Below, in pieces: positions 11,937-21,622 of a stretch of DNA of 64,000 nucleotides. Under the pieces are notes generated by a model that saw nothing but the letters and a program-made list of their open reading frames with translations, was not told where the DNA came from and made no database searches. Within the stretch, counting starts at the first letter, position 1. Each line of letters starts with the position of its first letter. Origin of the DNA: Candidatus Fermentibacterota bacterium (lineage in GTDB: Bacteria; Fermentibacterota; Fermentibacteria; Fermentibacterales; JCC-6). The translations under genes and the position numbers were made by a program. The stretch is from assembly GCA_963845085.1 (NCBI GenBank), contig CAWJQI010000005.1, positions 320,001 to 384,000 on the forward strand, in the 5' to 3' direction.

Positions 11937-12225
11937 TGACGATATCAACCAAGACAACACCGACTACGATGGAATCATCCGTGAGCTCGGGGCAATGAAT
12001 TCAAAGGACTTAGTGAGCGAGAAGGCTCTTGCCAGGATCTTTCACCGTGGACCAGTCAGCATAAAACGAGCGGTTCAGCGCAAGGAGCTCCCACCTTCGG
12101 TAAAAGTGCTTGGTAAGCCTGTCTGGACTGCAGGCGCCATCATAGAGTTCATTGAAAAACGGCTGGCTCACGCCTGCTCGGAAGCTGAAAAGGATGATGG
12201 ACGAATTGCTCGACTGCATCGATAG
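11926..12225 (+). CDS. Excisionase / AlpA-like winged-helix DNA-binding protein
   Basis: ALARIFHRGPVSIKRAVQRKELPPSVKVLGKPVWTAGAIIEFI; directly upstream of the integrase; GGAG RBS. Confidence 0.7.
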   Translation: MKNNDDINQDNTDYDGIIRELGAMNSKDLVSEKALARIFHRGPVSIKRAVQRKELPPSVKVLGKPVWTAGAIIEFIEKRLAHACSEAEKDDGRIARLHR

Positions 12226-12282
12226 GCTGTTAGAGAGATACGATTAAGATGGAAAAATATAAACACGAAAGAGGAAATCAAC

Positions 12283-13785
12283 ATGGCTGGCGTAAGAAAC
12301 AAGCCTAAGAATAACGGCAAGTACCAGGGCTGGTTCGTGAACTTTGAAGGTAAGCGAGTCTTCTTCACAGGTACACACAGGAGGGCTGAAACGAGACAGA
12401 TGGCGGAGAGCCTTGAGGACGAGCATCGGCAAATCAGACTTGGGTACAGACAGGCTCCTTCCTCTGCTGTCAGAAACCTCAAGGTTCCATTCCGGGATGT
12501 CGCTGACGAGTACCTGGCTTGGGGCAATTCGCAGGGTGGAAGGGGTGGCAGGCCCTGGGGAAAGACTCATGCAAAAGAGCGCAAGAACAAACTGGCATGG
12601 TGGGAGGACCGTCTTGGCCTCAGGCTGATGGAAGACCTCACTGGCATTCTTGCCAGAGTCGAATCAGCGCTTCGAGATGTCCAGAATGGCGGATACAACG
12701 GCAAGGGAACAGAACGTGCAGGAAAGACCTTGGAGAACTACGCGGATTGCCTGCGGGGCTTCTGCAACTGGGCAAAACAACATGGTTACCTTGAAGTCGA
12801 TCCTCTCACCGAGATGAAATCGTTCAACGCGGAGCCCAAAACACATCGAAGGGCATTATCGGTTGACGAGATCCAGAGGGTTCTCGATATAGCACCAGAA
12901 CATCGAAGGCTTCTGTATCAAGTAGCCTTCACCACTGGACTCAGAGCCGGCGAACTTCGATCACTTACCCCGGAACATGTTGACCTTGATGAAAGCGAGC
13001 TGATCCTTGATCCATCATGGACAAAGAACAGAAAGCCAGGGAATCAACCAATCCCAAGAGCTATCGCTGAACAGCTTGTTGAGTACGGTAGAAGCGGTAA
13101 AGCGAAAAGACTGTACAAATCGCGATATGGGCGATCCGACGCCAGACTGAAGGATGTCCCCGAGAACCCACTGCTGTTCGTACCCACGCATACTGCAAGA
13201 GAGTTTCAGAAGGACCTTGAAGCTGCTGGCATTGCTGTGTCCATACCCGGCGAGGGAAAAGCCGATTTTCACTCGTGGAGGGTTACCTTTGTCACCTTCA
13301 TCATGGATGCCGGAGCAACTGTGAAGGAAGGGCAAACTCTGGCTCGTCATTCGACACCTGAGCTTACGATGAACGTCTATGCAAGAACAAGGGACGAAAG
13401 GCTGTCATCACTGGTCGACACTATTGGGAACACCGTTCTTGTGCACAGAAACCGTGCTATATGTGTGCACTCGGATGATGATTCGGAAGGAGAGGAGGAT
13501 GATATCCAATTACCCGTCAATCACTTAGGTCCCATTGAGGACTGGTGGAGGCGGCGGGATTCGAACCCGCGTCCGCGCACGGGGGTTGAGCAGGCAGCTA
13601 CATGCATAGTCCGTACTCGTTCTCGTCCGGAGGTGGGCAACGGACGGCGCTCCCCGGACATGCCTTCCATTGATCTCGCCTCTTCACCCCGGAAGGTGGG
13701 GGGATGGAGGCCAGCCTTCATTGCGTCGCCCTGTTCAGTCCCGAAGGCGAGGGCTGAGAGGACGGCCACCCTTACAAGAGGGTGA
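12283..13785 (+). CDS. Tyrosine recombinase / integrase whose ORF runs antisense into tmRNA
   Basis: TGLRAGEL, K(NRK), FHSWR, LARHS..TMNVY catalytic motifs; WWRRRDSNPRP is the antisense reading of the tmRNA 3' end. Confidence 0.92.
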   Translation: MAGVRNKPKNNGKYQGWFVNFEGKRVFFTGTHRRAETRQMAESLEDEHRQIRLGYRQAPSSAVRNLKVPFRDVADEYLAWGNSQGGRGGRPWGKTHAKERKNKLAWWEDRLGLRLMEDLTGILARVESALRDVQNGGYNGKGTERAGKTLENYADCLRGFCNWAKQHGYLEVDPLTEMKSFNAEPKTHRRALSVDEIQRVLDIAPEHRRLLYQVAFTTGLRAGELRSLTPEHVDLDESELILDPSWTKNRKPGNQPIPRAIAEQLVEYGRSGKAKRLYKSRYGRSDARLKDVPENPLLFVPTHTAREFQKDLEAAGIAVSIPGEGKADFHSWRVTFVTFIMDAGATVKEGQTLARHSTPELTMNVYARTRDERLSSLVDTIGNTVLVHRNRAICVHSDDDSEGEEDDIQLPVNHLGPIEDWWRRRDSNPRPRTGVEQAATCIVRTRSRPEVGNGRRSPDMPSIDLASSPRKVGGWRPAFIASPCSVPKARAERTATLTRG

Positions 13786-13897
13786 CGGGTTGTCGCTTAC
13801 GCGGCAGTTGTTTGTTCCCGCCTTTTTAACGAGGCCGGCGGAACCTCGGCATGCTCCCGCAAAACCGCATCCGTACCCGTCGAGACCTGTCGCCCCC
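13543..13897 (-). ncRNA. ssrA: tmRNA
   Basis: 5' GGGGGCGACAGGUCUCGAC; 3' GCGGGUUCGAAUCCCGCCGCCUCCACCA; acceptor stem with G3.U pair; PK1 (CGAGG/CCUCG, CCGCC/GGCGG); 355 nt. Confidence 0.95.
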
Positions 13898-13911
13898 ACG
13901 AATAGGATTGA

Positions 13912-13940
13912 AACATAATGTTTTCCGGCGCATTGTTCAA
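13912..13940 (-). promoter_or_regulatory. Sigma70-like promoter of ssrA
   Basis: TTGAAC-N17-TATGTT, 14 nt upstream of the mature 5' end. Confidence 0.5.
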
Positions 13941-13975
13941 CCTGCGCATCGCAGCTGCGCCGGTTCGCCCAAAGT

Positions 13976-14452
13976 TCAGACCGACTTTTCGAACATGTCG
14001 TACCAGCTCATTCCGCTGACCTTATCTTCGGTTATCTCCCCGTTCATGTTCATCGTAACCCTAAGGTAGCGGGGCTTTGCCTTCCGTTTGAGGTAAGCCG
14101 TAATGCCGGTGGTTCCTGGTTGAGCCTCGTTGGGTTCCTGCTGTGTTCCGTTGGCATCCCAGATGAAACGGTGGTGAATCTTGTAGGTCTCGTCATCAAT
14201 CGGCTCACCGGTGTCCACCAACTGGTGTCGCTCCTGGATCATTGCCAGGAAGCCGGGCCAGCGCTGATCCGTTCTGACTCTGTCCGAGTATTCGAACATC
14301 TTCCTGTAGTGTTCGGAGTATATCTTGTTGCTCTCTTCAACGTACTTCCCGGTCCTCTTCCACTTCAGAAGCAGGTAGACAATGATGATGATCGCACTGA
14401 CTACGATGACCAAAGGTCGATTGGATAAGATACCAGAGGAGTAATCGTTCAT
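13976..14452 (-). CDS. Hypothetical single-pass membrane protein
   Basis: GGAG RBS before ATG 14452; N-terminal TM LVIVVSAIIIIVYLLL followed by KWKR. Confidence 0.6.
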   Translation of the reverse strand: MNDYSSGILSNRPLVIVVSAIIIIVYLLLKWKRTGKYVEESNKIYSEHYRKMFEYSDRVRTDQRWPGFLAMIQERHQLVDTGEPIDDETYKIHHRFIWDANGTQQEPNEAQPGTTGITAYLKRKAKPRYLRVTMNMNGEITEDKVSGMSWYDMFEKSV

Positions 14453-14555
14453 CTTGCACTCTCCAAGGTTGTTGGCAAATTCCCGACGCTTGCACAAGAG
14501 CGGATTTATATGGAGAGGAACGATTCGTGTCAAAAAGAAAAGACTATCTCCGGGG

Positions 14556-14584
14556 TTGATTTCCCCGGGTGTTTCCTGTATATA
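14556..14584 (+). promoter_or_regulatory. Putative rpmB promoter
   Basis: TTGATT-N17-TATATA upstream of an AGGAG RBS. Confidence 0.4.
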
Positions 14585-14620
14585 TTGCCTTCATTTGCGC
14601 AGACACACAAGGAGACCGTC

Positions 14621-14809
14621 ATGTCCTGGAAATGCGATATATGCGGAAAGAAGCCTTCGGTGGGCTACCGGGTCAGCCACTCCACCAGGCACACAAAGCA
14701 CATCTGGAAGCCCAATCTTCAGGCCGCCAGGGTTCTGATCAACGGCGTAGCCACCAAGATCCGCGCCTGCACAACCTGCATCAAAAGCGGCAGGGTGAAG
14801 AAGGCCTGA
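14621..14809 (+). CDS. rpmB: 50S ribosomal protein L28 (Zn-binding C+ type)
   Basis: MSWKCDICGKKPSVGYRVSHS..WKPNLQ..CTTCIKSG. Confidence 0.95.
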   Translation: MSWKCDICGKKPSVGYRVSHSTRHTKHIWKPNLQAARVLINGVATKIRACTTCIKSGRVKKA

Positions 14810-14822
14810 TCCCTTTCACTCC

Positions 14823-14851
14823 GGGGGCGCTTTCCAAATGGATGCGCCCCC
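14823..14851. terminator. Hairpin between convergent rpmB and the FG-GAP gene
   Basis: GGGGGCGC-N13-GCGCCCCC. Confidence 0.5.
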
Positions 14852-14863
14852 GTGGTGTATTCC

Positions 14864-16672
14864 CTACCTGACCACAACAACTCTGGTGCCGGTATCGAAA
14901 CCCTCTCCTGTCGCCTTCATGATAGTACACTCCCGGGGCAACTCCTGAGGCATCCCACTGCAGCGTGCTCTCCCCCGCGGGAAGTGCTTCATCGCATACA
15001 GTTTCAACGAGCCTGCCATCGAGGCCGTAAACGGAAACAGTGCATACAGCTGGTTCCGGAAGGGTCAGCAAAACAGAGGCAACAGCCCTCACCGGGCTCG
15101 GGAACGCACGAAGGACAAGGGCAGGTTCCTCCTCTATCCCCAGTGGATCGTAGGTCACAGTGACCGAGTTGAGCTGGGGGGAGAACGAGGGGCTCCCGCT
15201 GAGCATCGTCACCCGGTACTGCATGTAGCTCTCGCCGTCTGCAAGATAAGTGGACAGATCAGCAGGGGCGTAGATGCAATGCGCTCCACTCCCCGAGGTT
15301 ACCGGGATCATCCGAACCCCTCACCTGGAAACAGAGCTGTGTCTCGACGGGTACAAAGCATCCCAGCTCAACTCCCCCCACGAGGCGTCGTTCACGTACA
15401 GGATGTCGCTTTTGAGCCAGCCCGAACTGCGAGAAGTAGCCCTCCCAAGGCGCCACCAGTAGAGGTCATAGTATTCAGCCGTGGAAGCTGCACACAAAAT
15501 CTTCCACCCCATTGCCATCGAAGTCGCCGGGGGCGACAAGGCCACCAGCGCTCTCAGAGTCGAGACCGCCCTCGGGTGGGTACTCCTCGAGAACCCTTTG
15601 GACGAATCTCTCAGACGGGCTCCGGGTGTTCTCGAACACCCCAAGGCTGTTTGGTGCTGCGGTAGACAACGTCCATGTCGCCGTCGCTGTCAAAGTCAAT
15701 AGGTGAGACCGTGTATGCTTCGATTGCTTCAAGGCTGAAGAACTGATTGAATTCGGGCCCTCTGTGACCAGCGGATTCTGCCGTCTGCAAAGGGGTGCCA
15801 GCACCCATGTAATCCTTTATTCCGTCGTTGTCCAGATCAACAAACATGGGAAACCCGGAGTATTCACAGTAGGTCGGATTATAACCTCATGACTCCAGCC
15901 TGAAGGTCTATCCCTCATCAGACCTACTCCCATATAGGGTGACGTAGACGAAAATCGTGGCAGTAAGGTACCCGTCGCTTCAATGTACCTGAGGTGTAAA
16001 CACGTCCGCCACCGAACGCATTGCTGATCAGGAACAGAACGATTCGGTCCCAGACCAGGCTAATCCATCACCAAGATTCTTGTAGAGAGAAGACTCAATA
16101 CATGTCATCCCGTAGTCGGGTCAGACATATGATATCGTTATTGCCGTCCTCGTCGTAGTCCACGCGACGCCACCCGCGGTGCCAATATCTCAACAAACCT
16201 CATCTGCCAGTTACCGTAGGGATCTTCGGGATTCTCCCACCAGAACAGGGAGTCGCTTCCTCCCAGGATGTCGTCACGTCCATCTCCGTTCAGGTCTCCG
16301 GGGAAAAAGGTGTAGACGCTGTCAGTCGAGCCCACAACCAACTCCCACCAGGGATTTTGGCCTCCGAAGGCAAATATGAGCGTCGACACAAGAGGATGGA
16401 CACCGAAATAGATCCGAGTATTCGTCGTTATTTGCATTTGCCGTCCGCAGATAGTGCGCATGTCCGTCGTCCCACACCCTCCACCAGGTCAGTTCCGTTC
16501 CCAGTGTGAGCACACCTGAAGCCTGCCATTCCATCCCGAAGCAAGAACCGAAGTCCGATCCCCAGTCTGTCGTGGTGACCTCTCCCGAAGGGCCGCCGCT
16601 CCAGTCGGTCTGAACCATTGATGCCGCAAGAACAATGCCGGTTGTCATGAGAACGAGTATCGGGCTTTTCAT
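14864..16672 (-). pseudogene. Secreted FG-GAP/VCBS-repeat protein with T9SS-like C-terminal domain; multiple frameshifts
   Basis: Signal peptide then QTDWSGGP; repeats GDLNGDGRDDI, DLDNDGIKD, DFDSDGDMDV, GDFDGNGVEDF; C-terminus VYGLDGRLV..WDASGVAPGVY..TRVVVVR-stop at 14864. Confidence 0.75.
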
Positions 16673-16849
16673 GCAATTACTCCCTTCGTCCGGCAGACCG
16701 GCTTCTACGTGTACGATGTTATTTTATCATAAAATTGTACAGCCATGTAAAGCTGCCCGGGAGAAAATTGACGGAATGATAAAACACTGATGCCCGCGGA
16801 TGAAAGGCTTTGTGGATGATCGATTGGAACAGAGAACCGGGGCTGTGCT

Positions 16850-18472
16850 TCAGCGTTCTTCGTTCAACGCCGCTGCAGCCTGGTATTCACGCGCAAGCCT
16901 TGTATAGCCGAAGCCCATGTTCAGGAAATCCCAGCCGAACGGGCTTCCAACCTCGATCTGCTCGAGAACCCAGTTGATGTCTATGCCGGCCTTCTCGAAG
17001 GCGGTGTTCCATCCCACTCCGGTCAGCCTGGCCTCGAGGGCGGCTGCGGTTTTCCTGTCGCCCCTGGAAAGAAGGGCGTAGATGTGTGCGTCGCGGGGTG
17101 AAATGCCCAGGATATCGGTGATACCGAGTTGTTCGGCGCCCTTGTGGAACTGGTCGATGAGGATCCTGAGCCTTGTCGGATTCTGCATGGGTGACCACTG
17201 GAAGGCAGTCCAGGGGCGCGGGATGAAGGGGTCGATTCTCAGGGTGACGGGAAGTTTGGTGAGGCCGAGAACCATCTCCACGAACTTCAGGTTCTCCTCG
17301 CGATCCTCGTCGGTTTCGAAGGGGAAGCCCACCTGGAAGTTAATCCTCACCCTCTTCACCCTTGGGTCAATGTTCATGAGTATGTTGCGGTAGTCCTTGT
17401 TGGTGCGCCCCTTCCCGAGAACCCTGCGAAGGCTGTCGGATCCGGTCTCGGGGGCCATGAGAAGAGTTTCGACATCGTATGTGGAGGGTATTTCCTCAAC
17501 CATTTCCGGAGTGTCGCGTCGGTGCGAGCTGGCATGGGCCTCAAGACCGCAGCTGATGGCAAAGTCGGTGATCTCCTTCAGCTGGAAGTGCCCGGAGGGG
17601 GTGCAGGCGGTGAGGACGACACGCTCGTTCCTCGGGATGCTTCGAATGGTCTCTTCGAGTTCCTCGAGGTGCTGCTCGCGGTAGGGAAGGTAAAGGTAGC
17701 CTGGCATGCAGAACCGACAGTTGAACGGGCATCCCCTTGCGATCTCGACTATCCAGGTGTCAGGGATGACGGAGCGAGCCGAGATAGTACCGGTGAGTGC
17801 GCCGACGCTTTCAGTGCTTGCCCACTGCCGCATTATGCCGAACCTTGGCGACACGCCGTGCACCCTGGGCACGAACATGCCGGGCAGGTCGGCCACCTGC
17901 TGAAGGATGGTGTCCTTCGAGGCTGCACATCTTCCCATGCTTTTTATGGTGTCGAGCACGGGGCCGAGTATCGGTTCGCTCTCGCCGACCAGGAATGCGT
18001 CAAAGAACGGCATCAGGGGCATGGGATTCGCAGTGACGCTGAGGCCAGTGGCGAAGACGAGGGGCCACTTGTCGCGCCGCTGCGCAGCCCTGAGGGTAAT
18101 CCCGGACATCTCCATCATCTCGAGTGCCGGAAGGAAGTCGGTCTCACCGGGGATGATGAACAGAAGAAGGTCGCACTGCGAGATGGGCTTGCCCGAATCC
18201 ATCGTTACCGCGGGGGCGTTTGCACGCCTTCGCCAGTTGTACTCGTCAAGATCGGGATAGAAAGCCCGTGAGCAAATGGTGTCGGACCAGGTGGACAGCT
18301 GCCTGTGTATCCTGTGGAAGGCAAGGTGAGCCATCGCCTGGTTGTACGGCCTTGGAAAAGCGAACACAGTCTCGAACATGCCCCGGGAATTCCCCTGGGC
18401 AAGGCTTTTCTCTGTCGACAAAAGAGCTTTTCTGCGCTCTTCGTAACGATCGCCGGCGGATTTTCTGCTCAT
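16850..18472 (-). CDS. Radical SAM protein (B12-binding-domain / TIGR03960-like family)
   Basis: EIARGCPFNCRFC, APETGSDSLR, PFIPRPWTAFQW, LSRGDR. Confidence 0.8.
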   Translation of the reverse strand: MSRKSAGDRYEERRKALLSTEKSLAQGNSRGMFETVFAFPRPYNQAMAHLAFHRIHRQLSTWSDTICSRAFYPDLDEYNWRRRANAPAVTMDSGKPISQCDLLLFIIPGETDFLPALEMMEMSGITLRAAQRRDKWPLVFATGLSVTANPMPLMPFFDAFLVGESEPILGPVLDTIKSMGRCAASKDTILQQVADLPGMFVPRVHGVSPRFGIMRQWASTESVGALTGTISARSVIPDTWIVEIARGCPFNCRFCMPGYLYLPYREQHLEELEETIRSIPRNERVVLTACTPSGHFQLKEITDFAISCGLEAHASSHRRDTPEMVEEIPSTYDVETLLMAPETGSDSLRRVLGKGRTNKDYRNILMNIDPRVKRVRINFQVGFPFETDEDREENLKFVEMVLGLTKLPVTLRIDPFIPRPWTAFQWSPMQNPTRLRILIDQFHKGAEQLGITDILGISPRDAHIYALLSRGDRKTAAALEARLTGVGWNTAFEKAGIDINWVLEQIEVGSPFGWDFLNMGFGYTRLAREYQAAAALNEER

Positions 18473-18562
18473 CCAGTGATTCCTCTTCTTACGAAAATGC
18501 ACTTGGGGAGAGGAATATACACAAGGCAGCGCTTTGTTCAAAACAACGCTATTTTATTTGCA

Positions 18563-19711
18563 TCAATCGAAGTCTCTCTGCAGGAAACAGGGCAAAGAAG
18601 CATCCCTCGTGTTGACATTTCCCGAGCCGTGGGCAACCACAGGGAAGGGAATGTGCTCAGTGCCCCTTCTTCCGCCCTCGAAGGGACCCCTGGCGACCCT
18701 TGCCGGAAGGTCCATCTCGATGGGGTCGGTTTCTATCCTGTCCCCGAAACCCGTGGCAATGACCGTCACCTTTATCTCAGCGTCCACATCGTCTCCGTAG
18801 CTGTGCCCGATGAAGACCTGGGCGCTTCTCCCGACTACATCGGAAATCGTCTTCTGGGCAATCATTGCTTCCCGGAACTTGACATCCCTCGATGAATGGA
18901 CGTTGACGAGCACCGCCCGCGCTCCTTCGATCGAAATGCTGTCGAGAAGCGGGTTGGAGATGGCCTGCCTCGCCGCCTCCTCGGCCCTGTTGGGCCCCGT
19001 GGCTACCCCGGTTCCCATCATCGCTCCGCCGCCGCTCGTTATAACCCTGCGAACATCCTCGAAGTCAAGGTTGATGGTCCCGGGAACGGAGATGATCCGG
19101 TTGATTCCCTCCACGGCATTGGCAAGCACGTCGTTCGCCATCGCCAGCGCATCCTCCAGCGTGGCATCCTCATCCACCACGGACAGAAGCCTGTCGTTCG
19201 GGATGATGATCAGGCTGTCCAGCACCTTGCGAAGGTTCTGGATGCCTTCCTCGGCCCTCTGCTGCTTCATGACGCCTTCGTGCTCGAAAGGCCTCGATAC
19301 CACTCCGACCGTTATGGCGCCCTGTTCCCTTGCCACCTGGGCGATGACCGGCGCGGCGCCGGTTCCGGTGCCCCCGCCCATGCCCGCCGCGATGAATACC
19401 ATGTCGCAGCCGGAAAGCATGTCTTCGATGTCGGTAAGGTTCTCCTCGGCCGCCTGACGACCGAGTTCATGGTTGCCGCCGGTACCCCTGCCGCGTGTGA
19501 CCCTTGATCCAATTATCAGCTTCTCGTCGTAGAGGCAGTTCTCGAAATCCTGCACATCGGTGTTGATCGCGATGTACGTGACGCCCTTGATCTTCCTTTG
19601 AACCATCCTGGTGATGGCGTTGCAGCCGCAACCGCCAATCCCGACCACCTTCAGGCTGATCCTGCCTCCGGAGTCTTCCCCGAGCTCCATCAGATCGTAT
19701 ACAGCCGGCAT
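18563..19711 (-). CDS. ftsZ: Cell division protein FtsZ
   Basis: GMGGGTGTG, INLDFEDV, C-terminal LPCFLQR. Confidence 0.97.
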   Translation of the reverse strand: MPAVYDLMELGEDSGGRISLKVVGIGGCGCNAITRMVQRKIKGVTYIAINTDVQDFENCLYDEKLIIGSRVTRGRGTGGNHELGRQAAEENLTDIEDMLSGCDMVFIAAGMGGGTGTGAAPVIAQVAREQGAITVGVVSRPFEHEGVMKQQRAEEGIQNLRKVLDSLIIIPNDRLLSVVDEDATLEDALAMANDVLANAVEGINRIISVPGTINLDFEDVRRVITSGGGAMMGTGVATGPNRAEEAARQAISNPLLDSISIEGARAVLVNVHSSRDVKFREAMIAQKTISDVVGRSAQVFIGHSYGDDVDAEIKVTVIATGFGDRIETDPIEMDLPARVARGPFEGGRRGTEHIPFPVVAHGSGNVNTRDASLPCFLQRDFD

Positions 19712-19724
19712 CTCACCCTCCCTG

Positions 19725-20963
19725 CTATTTCAACGTGTCCAGAAAATTCTTCATCCTTCGAAACATCCCTTTTCTGGGGCCGGAAGCCGCACTCTTCCCG
19801 TGCTTCCTTCCCCTTCCGCACCCCAGAACCGCAAGCCCTGCGGCCACGGAAAACTCCGGGGTCCTCAATACTTCGGTGGGCACTTCGTTCGCCCTTGGAA
19901 ATCCGGTTTCAACGGGAAGCCCGATGACTGCGCCCGCAGTCTCGATGAGCCCCCTGGTGCGGGATCCGCCACCCGTAAAGATCAGCCCCGCGGGAAGGTC
20001 GCCCGCCTCGAGACCGCAGCGCCTTATCTCCTGCGCTATGCTCTCGCAGATGGCTTCCGTTCTTTGAGTTACGACCTGTGTGACAAGCGGGTGCGATATC
20101 TGAAGCACTCCCCTGTCACCGACACGGGGTACGTTCATGACGAGGTTCGGGCTGCTCATACGGTCGTTGGCCGCAGCTTTCTCGACCTTCAACCGCTCCG
20201 CCTGGACCCATGAAAGCCTGAGCCGCTGCAAATCCCTCGTGATGTGGTCGGACGCCATCGAGAATGCCGCAAGGTGCATGGGACCGCCGCCCCTGTAGAC
20301 CACCATGTTGGTCAGGCTGCTGCCCATGTCCACCAGCACCACCCCGAGTTCCGTCTCATCCGCACTCAGCACGGCTGCTCCGGATGCGAGGGCCGAAGGG
20401 ATCAGCGACTCGACCTTTCTGCCGGTGTGCTCCACAAGTGCAACAAGGTTCTCGACCGGCACCTTGTCGGAATAGACAGTGAAGACCCGCGCTGTGACCG
20501 ACGACGCCTGGAGGCCGACCGGAGCCTTGGCAAGCCCCGTGAAGCGGTCAAAGGCGAAGTCACGTGTTATCCTGTCCAAAGCAATGCACCCCGGCGGAAG
20601 GTCGATGTCGCCTGCGGCGTCGAGGGCCGCAGAAACATCCTTCTCCGTAATCACACCGGGATCGTCGAGCGTACCGGTCCCAATGGTGCCCGTTCCCATG
20701 AGGCCCCTGACATGGGCGCCCCCTATTCCGAGGCTGACCTTCTCGATTCGAAAGCCGCAAAGCTCCTCGGCCTCTTCCATGGCCCGAAGCGCAGCAGCAG
20801 CGGCGCCCTCCATGTCAACCAGTATTCCGTCCCTCACGCTGTTGCGGCACTCCGAGGCACCCAGCCCGGCGAAGATCGGCTCGCCGTTCTCGCCGGTCAC
20901 CGCAACAACGCATTTGACCGAGGAGGCACCAATGTCCAGCCCGGCATGATATTCGGCGCTCAT
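19725..20963 (-). CDS. ftsA: Cell division protein FtsA
   Basis: GLDIGASSVK, LGVVLVDMG, FTGGG; directly upstream of ftsZ. Confidence 0.93.
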   Translation of the reverse strand: MSAEYHAGLDIGASSVKCVVAVTGENGEPIFAGLGASECRNSVRDGILVDMEGAAAAALRAMEEAEELCGFRIEKVSLGIGGAHVRGLMGTGTIGTGTLDDPGVITEKDVSAALDAAGDIDLPPGCIALDRITRDFAFDRFTGLAKAPVGLQASSVTARVFTVYSDKVPVENLVALVEHTGRKVESLIPSALASGAAVLSADETELGVVLVDMGSSLTNMVVYRGGGPMHLAAFSMASDHITRDLQRLRLSWVQAERLKVEKAAANDRMSSPNLVMNVPRVGDRGVLQISHPLVTQVVTQRTEAICESIAQEIRRCGLEAGDLPAGLIFTGGGSRTRGLIETAGAVIGLPVETGFPRANEVPTEVLRTPEFSVAAGLAVLGCGRGRKHGKSAASGPRKGMFRRMKNFLDTLK

Positions 20964-21622
20964 GAACTCCTCCTGAAAACCGCCTGGCCCCGGAACCTGA
21001 GGTCAACCGTTGCGGCACCCGCCGCAAGAGGTCTGACCTGCCCCCAGGAAAGCCATCTTTCCTCGAGCCGTTCAGAGCCGAGCAGAATGCGCATTTCGTT
21101 TTCCATGACATTTACACCAGTCGAATCGAGCAGAACGAGGGTTCTGTCCCTCTGACTCCCGAGCCACTGCGTGAAGGCGACGGCCTCGACGAGTTCTGCT
21201 GAGTCAGGTTCACAGGTGTAGCGGATGACCGGCAGCTCTCCCGACAGCCATGCCTGGGGAAGCCTGCTGCACTCCATGTTCACGGGGACCGGACCCGCGG
21301 GGGTTTCCAGCACGACGGCCGCATCTTCCAGCGTGATATCGAGGTGAGCGGACGAAGGCCAGATCAGCGTGATGTTGACGGCCCTCACGCCCGGCACGCC
21401 GCAGAGCAGCTGTGCCAGGGAATCTGCATCGATGCGGTGAAGCGGCATTCCGAACGCCCTCTGAACAACTTCGGCCACCGCTGTGGTGTCACCGCACCCG
21501 AGGCCTGTCACATAGATTTTTTCAAGGTTGAACCTGCCGTCCCGCTCCGCCCATCTGAAAATGAGAACTGCGGCAAGAAGCACAACGGCCACCATCGTCA
21601 CCCAGAGCGCTCTTGTTCTCAT
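20960..21622 (-). CDS. ftsQ: Cell division protein FtsQ/DivIB
   Basis: N-terminal TM, POTRA-like segment, C-terminal VDLRF; dcw position. Confidence 0.8.
   Translation of the reverse strand: MRTRALWVTMVAVVLLAAVLIFRWAERDGRFNLEKIYVTGLGCGDTTAVAEVVQRAFGMPLHRIDADSLAQLLCGVPGVRAVNITLIWPSSAHLDITLEDAAVVLETPAGPVPVNMECSRLPQAWLSGELPVIRYTCEPDSAELVEAVAFTQWLGSQRDRTLVLLDSTGVNVMENEMRILLGSERLEERWLSWGQVRPLAAGAATVDLRFRGQAVFRRSS

Larger units (their letters stand above)
3464..13542. mobile_element. tmRNA-targeted integrative element (satellite/ICE-like); left boundary not found and may lie left of the window
   Basis: Integrase abuts the ssrA 3' end; xis, primase-helicase, repressor and phage early genes; lower GC than the core; no structural or conjugation genes visible. 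Confidence 0.75.

Noticed and set aside
13521..13769. 82-aa minus-strand ORF and other small ORFs over 13.5-13.9 kb
   Set aside because: They lie within the tmRNA gene.
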